A stretch of 64,000 nucleotides of DNA, taken from positions 255,006,001-255,070,000 of the forward strand of contig OZ024740.1 in NCBI GenBank assembly GCA_964016885.1. The letters are read 5' to 3'. This stretch comes from Eledone cirrhosa (Eukaryota). Shown here one piece after another: positions 52,791 through 64,000 of the stretch; the first letter of the stretch is position 1, and every line of letters begins with the position of its first letter. Under the pieces are notes generated by a model. That model was not told the DNA's origin. It did no database searches and saw nothing but the letters and a program-made list of their open reading frames with translations. Made by a program: the position numbers and the translations under genes.

Positions 52791-55700
52791 TTCTGAAGCA
52801 AAGGAGTTTATCATTTTCGGAGAAAACGGTGGGTTTAAAGTAAACCCACCCCCAGAAATTCGTCTTGAAACACTTCGAAAAACAGTTACCTTCAGAACTG
52901 TTTCAAACGAAACAAGAAAACCGGCATTCCTCAGTCAAGGGGAAATTGAAGCAACCTTGAAGGAGATATTGCCAAACATAGACTTTATGCAGAGGGCCAA
53001 ACAGTATGGGAGTATTTCGGTGCTCCTCAAAAGCGAGGCCCTCTCACAAAAATATTCCGTGACACCAATACTGTAAAAAAAATACACCTTTTTCCCTACA
53101 TACCTGGGAAAAAGGACTAAAAAAAATCAAAATTATCAACATACCACCAAATATTAATATTTGGTGGATATTGGCAGGTTTTTTAGAGGAGGGACAGGAC
53201 ACCATTCTCTCCATCAATAAGTCAACCAGACACACGTGGTCTGGTACAAATTTGGAGATCCTGGTGCAAATGAGCTCGGAGAGAATCTCCAAAATACCCG
53301 AAAGATTGCTGATCGACAACAACAGCCACATCAACATTTCGACCGAAGGAGGAAGACCACACTGCTTCCGATATAACAGTACTTCGCATCTAAAGGCCTC
53401 CTGCCCTTTGCAGACACATTTTGACCCCCCCCCCCCACATACTGTTACCAACACCAATACCAAAACAACCACCACCACCACAACAACAACAACTCACAAA
53501 ACAAGCAAACGCACCAAAACAAACAGCCACTCAACCAACAACAGCAGGAAAAACACAACAACTCCCCCGAAGAACACAGTTCCACCCCATCCCACTCCAT
53601 CCAACACTGCCACAAACACACACACAAACACACCATCACCACACAACATACCCCTACCGCAAGCTCCTGATGACGAATCTACTTCTTCATCCCCAAATGA
53701 AGATGAAGGACAGCCTCGAAAATCAAAAAAATCCCAAAAGAGGCACAACAAAGCCACGAAAACAACAATCACCAACACCAACACACAACGACCGACACAA
53801 ACAACAACACAAACAACACCCCGATCAACCAGCAAACACCCTCCTACCAGCAAAACAAACACCAACACCACCCAAACACAAGCTCCCACCATAAAAAGAA
53901 AACTCCCGGACGAACAACAAACTAAACAACACAACAAAAACACAAACAACAATACGCATACATCAACACAAACAATAAGAATTTGATGAAGGTCATCTCC
54001 CAAAACCCCAAGGTGGAGACGGAGGGTAAAACTTTCGTTAAAGCAGAATCGTCTCCACACCCCAAACTGATAAGGGTTTCCATGGAAACATAGCGAACTA
54101 AAAACTGAATTTTCGCAGGACGTGGGAAACCCCTGTCAAAAACCCATAAACCGCGTCCTGTTAAAATGTTTCCCCACCCCACCCAACACCCCCACCAGCA
54201 CCCAAATGGAGATTGAACAACCCGATCTCCAGGAAACGAAAAGGTAAGTGCAGCTTTTCGTCCTTTTTCTCCAACTCTTCTCCACCAACATGGCTAATTT
54301 ACGAGTTGGAAGCGTGAATGTGCGTGGCATAGGGATGCCCTGGAAACAGGGCCAACTTTTAAACGACATTAGGTCATACAGTATGGATGTGATAGCCATC
54401 ACCGAGTCCAAGATCCACAACAAGCAGCAACTAACCCCCATCTTCAATGACTTTGAGATCTACGCATCTCTCTGTCAGCCAGGAGGTGGAGGGAGAATGG
54501 CTGTCATATTTCGGAAAAACCTTGACCTCGAAGTACAGCAAGTACACTTGGACCCGAAGGGTAGACTGGTAGTCCTAGACGTGAACAGTGTTGGAGGTGG
54601 AGCCTTCAGACTGGTGCCGTTTAGACTTCTTTAAGCGTCTAGAGTCTTTTCTTGGAACGTCTCGCTCCTTGCTTTTAGTGGGAGACTGGAATGGTATCCT
54701 AGACGCACGATGGGACTATGTAGGATCATGCCCCAGTAGAGGGGAGTGCAACAGCCTCAACAATTTAATCGGCCAATTTCAACTGGCCGATAGGTATCGA
54801 CTGGATTTCCTGACTGCACCACAGTGGACGTGGACAAACCGCAGCGGGACATCTAGATCGTATTTAGACAGGTTCTTTGTTAGAGAGAGAGAGAGACGAG
54901 AAGATGTTAAGCTGTCCACAAATGCACATGGTTGCCTATTCAGACCATAAACTAGTCATCTGCATAGTCAACCGTGATAGAATACATAGACAAGGACCCG
55001 GACACTGGAAGCTGAACCTGTCGCTACCGACACGCAAAGCCTACAGTGAACGGATAAGTAGATTAGTTAAGCAGAAATTGATGGGAGCCATCGTCAACAA
55101 TAGATGGTGGTACTCCCTCAAGAAAGCAATTAGAGTAGATTCGATAGACTTTAGCAGAGAGTTAGCCTTAGAGAAAAACAAAACAGATATGGAACTAGTA
55201 GCCAAGGTAGAAGAGGCGCTTAGGAGTGGCAACATAGCTAGAGTGCTAGCAACGAGAACGGCACTGGACCAGTTCTTCGACGCCAAACACGAAGACTGTG
55301 TGGTCAGGAGTAAATCACGTGCTCTAGGAAACGAGGGAGCAAAAGCTGTTAGCTGGGCACGAGTGGCAGAGGCGAAAAGTTGCAACAAGTCCACGATTCG
55401 GTCTTTGAAAGACCAAAACGGACGCGTGCTACTTGACCCCAAGCGGATGTGCGCAGCCTTTCAACAGCACTTTGCGTAACTGTTCGAGCAGAGTGGCGGT
55501 GCGTCGAACGAGAGAATTCCCAGTTCTGCATGCAGGGGCGTAGTAACGCTGATCAGGAAAGACGAGAACAAGGGGGACGAACTAAGCAATTTTAGGCCCA
55601 TAACTCTGCTCAACACAGAGTTAAAGATGTTGGCCAAGGTGTTGGAAACGAGGTTGGCGCTTGTCGTCGAGAACCTGGTAGTGAAAGCGCAAACGTTTGC

Positions 55701-57489
55701 AATTCCGACTAGGTCCATACACGACAACCTCCACCTCATGCGATATATCATAGAGAGGGTGGGGTGTAAACCCGGCTTCGGTGGGGCTCTGATCAATTTA
55801 GATCAGTCTAAAGCGTACTGACTCTAGAGCCACTACTGCGGAAATTGGAGCTGCTGCAGGGAATCCCGTTGGAACCGGGACTGCGGAAAGCAGCGTCGGC
55901 TTATGCCCACGACGTGACAGTAATGGTGTCGGAAACCTCGGAAATCGGGACGATCAGCAACTTACTGCAGGAATACGAAAGGCTCACAGGAGCAAAACTG
56001 AACCCGGACAAGTCTGTCGTTTTGCAACTCGGTGCTGGGAGAGGCAAACCGATGCCGCCCGACAGCGTCGTCGGACGCAGGACGGACGGACCGGTGAAAT
56101 AACTCGTGGTCTGGTTCGGTCTGGACTTCCAGGTGAAGAAAAACTGGAACGAGGTCACAGCCAAAGTATTTGCGCTCACCCAGAAGTGGGCAGAGTGCAA
56201 ACTATCCTTGAAAGGTCGAGCGGAGGTGGCGAACACTTTCATAGCGTCCGTCATCTACTACCGCTTGACCGTCGTGTCTTGTCCCCGTGAACGCCTCACC
56301 AAGATGGAACGCATGCTCTTCCAGTTCCTTTGGAAGAAGCAGGCTCCACTGGTGAGGAGATCCGTCTGCTGTCAGCACCCTTCCAACGGAGGGCTGGGAA
56401 TGCCGTGACTGATGATGCGCAAACATGCGCTGAGGCTACGGCATCTACAAGTATTCCCCAACCGATGTGGGCACCGTTTGTGAGACAGGCCTTCCCGCAA
56501 CTTGTCTCGCTGACGGAGCTGCAGTCCTGGGTCAAGCGGAGACTGAAGAAGATGGGCGCCTGGCACATTGAATGCGCTCAGGCGCTCATAGTCAAGCGGG
56601 CACAGAAATCAGTGGAGACTCCACTTCGACATTCTATAGAGGGTTAGTACTTTACAAGTGCGACTACGTACTCGGGGAGACTCTAGGCGTCGAAGACGAC
56701 GAACTCACCAGTCTGTTTGGTAGGACTCTCCGCCCGGGACCTATGGACAACTTCCAGAGGGCCCTGGCCTGGCAGTGCTACCGAGGAGCTCTACCAGTTC
56801 GTGATGAGATCTTCAGGCACGGGCGCCCTGGCAGGGAACCTTCCAAGAGGACGTGTCCAAGATGCGAGCAGGACATTGAAACAGTCCTGCACGCAATTGT
56901 ACACTGCCCGGGCGTAAGCGACCTGTGGAACTACGCAGAATAACTGCTGTCGCGTGTGGGACAAATCCAGTTGACTGCCGAGTCCATAGTAAGGATCAAA
57001 CCGCCAGCCTCTTTCAAAAACGAAAGAGAGGTGGTTTTCCTCTGTATAGTGGCTATGATGAAAGAAATTATATGGAGGACGAGATTGAGAGGACTGAGGA
57101 CAGATGCCTTTCTCTCCGGACAACAATTGATTCCCTTCTTTAAGTATCACTTTAGAAGAAGAATCAGAGTGGAGAGAGAGGCACTGCACCCCAGTAAATT
57201 TACTGAAAGGTGGGTGAATGAAGCGAAAATGGCCCGAGTGATTGGGCCTTCTCTGTTTATAAGCCTGTAGAAAGCAAAAGGAAGAAAGGAGAACTTGCAC
57301 AACACGCTCCTGAAGGAGTTGTTCTATCGACGGGGTATTAAACAACCCTTTTGTGGCGCCTCCCCCCTATTAGGGAATTCGATTGTTATATTTGTTTGTT
57401 TCATAATTTTAGACAATTGTATGTAAAATCCCCGGCATGTGTCCTTGTTTTGTCCCCTTTTCTTGTGCGCCCTTGTGGCTAATAAAGAA
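52791..57489 (+). mobile_element. Tx1 family B copy 3 (5'-truncated ORF1; ORF2 54290-57270 with internal deletions)
   Basis: CFRYNSTSHLKASC; MANLRVGSVNVRG; colinear with 39036-44620; ends GGCTAATAAAGAAA then (TCTA)n. Confidence 0.9.
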
Positions 57490-58134
57490 ATCTATCTATC
57501 TATCTATCTCAACAGCAGCTTACGACCGGATATAATCCTATCAACTCCAGAATTTGTATGTTTTTATGCCTTCCATTTATTATATGATTAACTAAAATAC
57601 TGGTAGTACTTATAAGTACATTTACAATTCAGATCATTGTAGCTGTTGTCAACGTGGTTATGTTTTTATATCAGTTGCATTCATCTTAGCAACACTTTAC
57701 TTGACGAGAAGTGTTTTTTATTTGAAGTACCTAACTAACACTGCTAAGACGATCAGTGAAAAGTGTTCAATCTGCTGATAGTCTATCGTCTCTGAAGAAA
57801 AAGTCCCTGTAACGGAACCTGGATGTTTTATATTATCAACCATTCAAGGAAACACTTATTGAAAATTTAGAAGGGTTTTATGCCCAATTTGTATGACTAT
57901 TTTCCATACTAATACGCACACACACACATACATATACGTTGAATCTTCTAGATTTTCAATAAATACATATCCGGTCGAATTTTCTAAAAATAGATCATAG
58001 GGGAACATGTTTGAACAAATTTTGATGGATATTTCCTTGTGTCTGCATATACTACATTCGTGGTGACGGTGACATCTTAAGTACATGTGTATATATGTAT
58101 TTATATGCTTATATATATACATATATATATACAA

Positions 58135-58171
<37 letters not shown>

Positions 58172-58636
58172 TATATATACACATATATATTATAGATTAT
58201 ATTTATATGCGTATATATTAGATTTCACCGTAACTTTGACTCAATAAAATGGTGCATATAACGGAGCATAAGCCCACTCAATGGAAAAAGATGGGTATCA
58301 GCACATATATATGTGTATGTACGTATGAATGTATGTGTGTATATACATACACACACACACACGTGCGCGCGCGCGCACACATATAGTGTGTGTGTGTGAG
58401 CCTGTGTGAGAAGAAGAAGAAGAAGAGAGCGAGAGAAGCAAAATATGGATTGGTTAGGGTCTGTTTGAAGGGCACTAATGTTAAGTAAACATCATCAACG
58501 TGGCTCTTATATCTTTAAAGAAACAAAAAACTCCTTTATTACCTTCCCTCTTCATTTAATAAAATTATTAAACTTGATAGGCTTGGAGATAATTGCCGAA
58601 GAACAGGGTCACTGGACGCAACATCCGACGTATAAT

Positions 58637-58699
<63 letters not shown>

Positions 58700-59158
58700 G
58701 AGAGAGAGAGAGAGTAATGAGTAAGGGAAGAATGAGTAGGAGAGTTATAAAAGGAAACGGAAGAAGAAGGCCAATAGAGAATAGAGAAGAGGAGAAGAAC
58801 AAAAAGACAGAAGACTAGGACAAGCATCATATTAGGTTTGTAAATAAAAATTATATACATGGAGGAGGGGGAGGAGGAGGTAGATGAGGGGGAGGTAGAG
58901 GGAGGTGATACTCGAGTTTCTGAGGGAGAGATGTAAATTTTGCGTATTTTCCGATGTACTGTTCGATGGGTGATCTCTAGCCATTTCGACAGCAAATTCC
59001 AGACTGACCTGGAATCTGTTGTCGAAACGCAAGACCTCAACTGTCGGGCCCCGACGCTCTAATATATTTACACTTTATTATACCAAGCATCGAGTCCTTT
59101 GCTAAATAATGGCTTTACTAATTTCTCTCCCTCTCCTTCACCCCTCTCCCTCTCTCTT

Positions 59159-59205
<47 letters not shown>

Positions 59206-59281
59206 CGAAGGAAATGTGGTAAGGAACCAGGTGGACCATAACGCACCAAAGTACTCAATACTTGAGGTAGTAGAGTGGGTA

Positions 59282-59362
59282 ATAGGAACCAGTAAGACCC
59301 CGACAGCTGAGCTCAAGCCGTTTCGAAACGGCTTGAGCTCAGCTGTCGGGGTCTTACTGGTT

Positions 59363-59367
<5 letters not shown>
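59282..59367. repeat. Perfect 86-bp spacerless palindrome
   Basis: ATAGGAACCAGT...GCCGTTTC|GAAACGGC...ACTGGTTCCTAT. Confidence 0.95.
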
Positions 59368-59395
<28 letters not shown>

Positions 59396-59396
<1 letters not shown>

Positions 59397-61230
59397 ATTA
59401 TAGAAATAACAGAAATTCGAACTGTAACTGTAGAAGAAGATCTGATTGCCCTTTGCAAAATAACTGCCTTGATAAGAACTTAGTATATAAATGTACTGTT
59501 AAAGCAAATAACATTACCTACAACTACATAGGTGCAACTTCATCGAGCTTTAAACTGAGATTTTCCAATCATAAACATTCTTTTTCTAATCCGGATAAGA
59601 AATTTTCTACTTCTTTATCATTTCTTTAAAAGAGAAAAATATAAAATACTCAATATTTTGGTCTAAACTTAGGACTGTGAAGTTTACCGAAATAACTCGA
59701 TCTCACCTAACTGCAATCTTTGCAATACTGAGACTCTATTAATAATTGCTAATTATGGTAATTTAATTAACAAGAAAAGTGAGTTATTCTCAAATTGCCT
59801 GCATAAATCTGCATCCATATTTCAAGCATCATATAAAATTAGGAAAAAACATTGACTGAGTGAGAAAAGATATTGATTCTTATTAATAATTCTTGTAATG
59901 TTTTTATTATTGCTATTATTAATATTGTGTATAATGCTTATACTTAACCTTAGGAAATGTATACCTACTTTTTAAAGAGTATATAATCTCTTGATTGTTT
60001 AAATACCCTTAGTTTTAATTTAGAATTTTTTAAATCCTGTATTTTATAAATCTAATATCTATAATATCTTCAGACTCCTAAACCGTTTAATTAATTTAAA
60101 TGTTAAAATACGTCGTACGAAGATATTGTTTACATTTAGCATATATAAGTTTCGTTTTGTCTAAATTGATTAATAATCTACACTTAACTTGATTTATAGT
60201 ATTGGATACAGTAAAATTTAGTTAAATCAAATTAATAATACTTTCAAGTGTAATTATAACTAATAATTAATCTTATATATAATTGACAAAAATCGATTTA
60301 TATTTTATAGTTTATTTAAAAGAACTATACAAATGCTAATATCTAAATAAGTTAGGTTTAATAATATCATATTTACTACATTTATAAGCACCATTGTTAG
60401 TTAATAATATTTTTAATTTTGATTTTTCTAACTAAATTATTGATTATATTTATTAATTTAAATATACTCCTGATTACCCCTGAAATTATGTTATATTATC
60501 TTTTTAACTTTATATTGTTTTAATTTTGACATAATATAATAGTATAATTTCTTTCAAATATTATAAACTAAAAATTTCACAGTATTTAATTGATTATTTC
60601 TACCTAACGTAATATTTGAAAAAAAAACGGTCACGCATCATATACCTTTATTGTTTTCTTTATGTAATTATATTATAACATACATATCTCCCTTCCTTTG
60701 TTTTTAGTATCATCTCTCTATCTTTTTCTTTCTCTATTCTATTTAGCTCTCTCTCTCTCATTTGCTTCTTCTGTAATATGGAGGTTTACATATTTAATTA
60801 TTTAAATTTTTAACAGTTATGTACTTATATGTTTATATATTTTACTTGTCTTTATATATACTTATTGTATTATTTTATACACTTTCTCCTAGGTACCCTC
60901 TCTATTATATGTAGTTTGTCATGTTACAATTTATGGTATATAAATATTGAGTTTTGTCATAACTAATCACTGCCAAAACTGGAATTGAACCATCAGCACA
61001 GTTGAGGTATGTCAGACATCAATTTATTTTATCTGATGAGGACGTACTGAGGAAACGGGCTCAGTCCCTCTGAAATATATATAATATAAATATATTTGAT
61101 CACATGAATGCCTATATTTATTAATATTTTGAACTAACTCCAGAAAACCTAACTGTTGAGTGCTTCTAATCTATTGTAAAACTATATTCATTGATTAATC
61201 AATGAACCTTGTTAAACTTTTGATCATTAC
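59396..61230 (+). mobile_element. 5'-truncated Penelope-like element (GIY-YIG and AT-rich 3' UTR) between (TA)n tracts
   Basis: Manual translation from ~59423: CNCRRRSDCPLQNNCLDKNLVYKCTV...YIGATSSSFKLRFSNHKHSF, then CNLCNTE and CLHK. Confidence 0.85.
61023..61090 (+). ncRNA. Type I hammerhead ribozyme of the pLTR
   Basis: tttat-CTGATGA-ggacgt actgag gaaacggg ctcagt ccctct-GAAA-tatata-TA-atataaa. Confidence 0.7.
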
Positions 61231-61234
61231 ATAC

Positions 61235-61272
<38 letters not shown>

Positions 61273-61320
61273 GGTTCTAGGTAATTTGACTGCCAGTCAA
61301 TTTCACTCTTCATTATTATT

Positions 61321-61765
61321 ATTGGTAGTATCGGTAGAGGGCGGTGGATTGGTAGTATCGGTAGAGGGCGGTGGATTGGTAGTATCGGTAGAGGGCGGTG
61401 GATTGGTAGTATCGGTAGAGTGTCGGGCGCCATGCTTTGCAGCAAAGAGTTATGGCCCTTTATGGTCTGAGTTCAAATCCCGCCGAGGTTAACTTTGCCT
61501 TTCATCCTTACGGGGTCGATAAAATAAAGTACCAGTAATGTACTGGGATAATTGCTGGCCTTGTGCCAAAAGTAGAAACAATTATTATTAGCAGTATCGG
61601 TAGAGGGTCGGACGCCATGCTTTGTCGCATAGAGTTACGGCCCTTGCCATTCTGAGTTCAAATTCAGCCGAGGTTAACTTTGCCTTTCATCCTTACGGGG
61701 TCGATAAAATAAAGTACCAGTAATAATTGCTGGCCTTGTGCCACAAGTAGAAACAATTATTATTA
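61321..61765 (+). mobile_element. Two tandem SINE copies, the first with a 27-bp head repeat
   Basis: (ATTGGTAGTATCGGTAGAGGGCGGTGG) x3 plus a partial unit; GAGTTCAAAT B-box; AACTTTGCCTTTCATCCTTACGGGGTCGATAAAATAAAGTACCAG; (ATT)n tails. Confidence 0.8.
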
Positions 61766-61839
61766 ACTTTGATAACTTTGATAGGTTTCAGCCAGTATTG
61801 GCCCAGTCTAACTTAATAGGAAAAAACTGAGGGATAGCG

Positions 61840-62801
61840 CTTGGAAGCTGGAATGTCTCCAAGCGCTCACAGCCTTCTACCAACTGCGCACTAGTATCGG
61901 TGGAACAGGCACCTCGGCGTTCTATAGAGGACTAGTGGAGGGGAAGAGTGACGACGTTCTCGGGGAGACCCTGGGCGTCGAAGAAGATCAGCTGTTCGCC
62001 CTCTTCAAGAGAACTTTCAGCCCGGGGCCTATGGACAACTTCCAGAAATCCCTGGCCTGGCAGTGCTACCGGGGAGCGTTGCCGGTTCGAGATAAGCTCT
62101 ACAGGCACGGAAGTGCCGTCAGCCCGGCCTGTCCGAGATGCGCACAGAGCGACGAAACCGTTGTGCACGTACTCTTTCAGTGTCCTAGCATTGCTGACTT
62201 GTGGAACTATGTCGAACATTTGCTGTCACGTGTAGGACAGATCCGTTTATCGACTGAGTCCATTGTGCAGATAGCCCCACCGTCCTCCTTTAAGGAGGGG
62301 GAAGGGCAGGCAGTTTTCATCTGCCTGGTGGCCATGGTGAAAGAGATTGTATGGTTGACAAGGTTGAAAGTATTGAAGCCGGACACTTTCCTCCTTCGGT
62401 GAATCCCTGATTAACTTTTTCAAATTTCACTTGAAGAGGAAAATCAGAGTGGAGAGACAAGTGCTGTCTTCAAATAAGCTTGTTGAAAGGTGGGTGAAAG
62501 TGACGAGTCTGGTCCGAGTGAACGGGCCCGCTCTGAGTATGCGCCTGTAGACTAAGGAGTGGAAAACTGAGAGAGAGCGCTTGTCCTGGTGGTCAGGGTG
62601 GTCAGGGTGGCCGTGGTCTTTTGTGTGGTTTTCGCCACGAGTGTCCCTCGGAAGTTTCCCCCCATTGGGGAATTTTTTGTTGTTTGAATTTTTTGATATT
62701 TCTATCTTCTTGTTATAACCTTTTTTACACGGCCAAAACCCACTTTGTATCGTCCTGTACCGTTCTGTGCCGTCTGTAATGTTTTGTGGCCAATAAAGAA
62801 A
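61840..62801 (+). mobile_element. 5'-truncated Tx1 LINE 3' part
   Basis: GPMDNFQKSLAWQCYRGALPVRDKL...CPRCAQSDETVVHVLFQC; ends TGTGGCCAATAAAGAAA. Confidence 0.88.
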
Positions 62802-62802
62802 C

Positions 62803-62978
62803 CGGACGCCATGCTTTGACGCATAGAGTTACGTCCCTTGCCATTCTGAGTTCAAATCCTGCCGAGGTTAACTTTGCCTTTCATCCTCACGGGATCGATG
62901 AAATAAAGTACCAGTAATGCACTGGGTAATTGCTGGCCTTGTGCCAAAAGTAGAAACAATTATTATTATTATTATTAT
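62803..62978 (+). mobile_element. SINE copy (same family) with (ATT)n tail
   Basis: near-identical to 61608-61765. Confidence 0.8.
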
Positions 62979-63012
62979 TGAATGCCATGGTTGACGGAGG
63001 CTCGGCTCTGTA

Positions 63013-64000
63013 AGGTATTGTAATTTTTAACCTTTATAACAATTGTAAATTTTTAAAACTTGAACCAAATTGTAGATAAAGACACCCTCCTCCTCACGAG
63101 AGGGGTCTTTCTGCCCGTTGTTTGGCCCTTCGGGGTTAAATAACCAGTTATTGGTGATTTGTGCCCAATATTTATTTTAAACCGTAAAAAAAACATGGCT
63201 ACAAAAAAGAATTTTCACAAGTCACTCCCACTCCTTCCGTCTTCTTTTTCCCCAATCGTCATTACGTCAGAGAAAAGATTGTCTCTCTCCCTCCCTTCTC
63301 TAAATGTAGTGTCGCCTCTTTCGCAAGCGACGCCATTAAAGAAAAAGAAAAATGTAGTTTCTCGTAGCGTTCTTCGTCAAGAGAACGGGCGTACCGTGGA
63401 ACATTTCTCCACGACGACGATAACGAAAGATGTGTGCGGTAAATACGGAAAGCCATTTCATTCGTCTGACGTCATGAAGAATAGCAGCAGCAGCTGTAAT
63501 AACAGCAGCAGCAAAAACAGTGGCGAGGAAAATACTAGTAGCAGCCGCAATAACCTATCAGCAGCATAAACAGCAACAGCAGCAGCAACAGCAGCAACGA
63601 CAGCAGCAGCAGCAGCAACAGCAACAACAACAACAGTAGCAACAGCGATGGCGGCGGTCGTAGTACCAGCAGCAACAACAAAAGTAACAGCAGCTCTGAC
63701 GACAACAACAACAAGAAAGCAAAACCGATCTCGTTTGCAGGTATCGCAAAGAACCGGGAAACCATCCTTATAACAAATGAGGAATTACAGGAAGCAAGGA
63801 AGATGGTGACGAAAACCGGACACCGAGCAATCTGCAAGGCAGCCGAAGAAATTTTCGTAACCTAACAGCACTGTACGGTCACGTACCGTACAGTAAGCAC
63901 AACATCACGTAGGGTTGAATGAGCCACAGAGGCTCAAATACAAAAGGTCTTAGGGTCTGTGTGGCAGCGGAAAACGCATATCACCCGAGGCAAAAAATAT
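63013..64000 (+). mobile_element. Tx1 family A 5' end, second copy (ORF1 from 63195, disrupted; runs off the window)
   Basis: near-identical to 12197-13180. Confidence 0.88.

Noticed and set aside
57790-57830. CTGAAGA hammerhead-like start
   Set aside because: No GAAA or stem III at the expected position.

Overview
Eukaryotic, repeat-saturated window with no recognisable host protein-coding gene. The SINE types and microsatellite load resemble an invertebrate such as a cephalopod; this is inference only. Contents: (i) nine segments of Tx1/L1-clade LINEs from at least two families, whose ends sit in (ATT)n or (TATC)n microsatellites; (ii) two copies of a ~2.7 kb non-autonomous LTR element with a tRNA-Trp PBS, 5-bp TSDs and non-canonical TG...AA ends, both inserted antisense in the 3' end of Tx1 ORF2; (iii) several Penelope-like elements and small fold-back derivatives carrying type I hammerhead ribozymes (six near-complete cores, two of them a CCGAUGA variant, plus degenerate or half cores); (iv) a decayed Helitron Rep, a decayed RTE LINE, two RLE (R4/Dong-like) LINE fragments and tRNA-derived SINEs; (v) a 12.8 kb 17-bp GT-rich minisatellite with higher-order duplications. 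Best leads: the LINE-nested LTR element; a conserved splice donor just before Tx1 ORF2, paired with an acceptor-like ORF2 stop, which could remove all of ORF2 as an intron; microsatellite partitioning among Tx1 families; and the hammerhead/fold-back mini-elements. All calls are by eye and boundaries of decayed elements are approximate.
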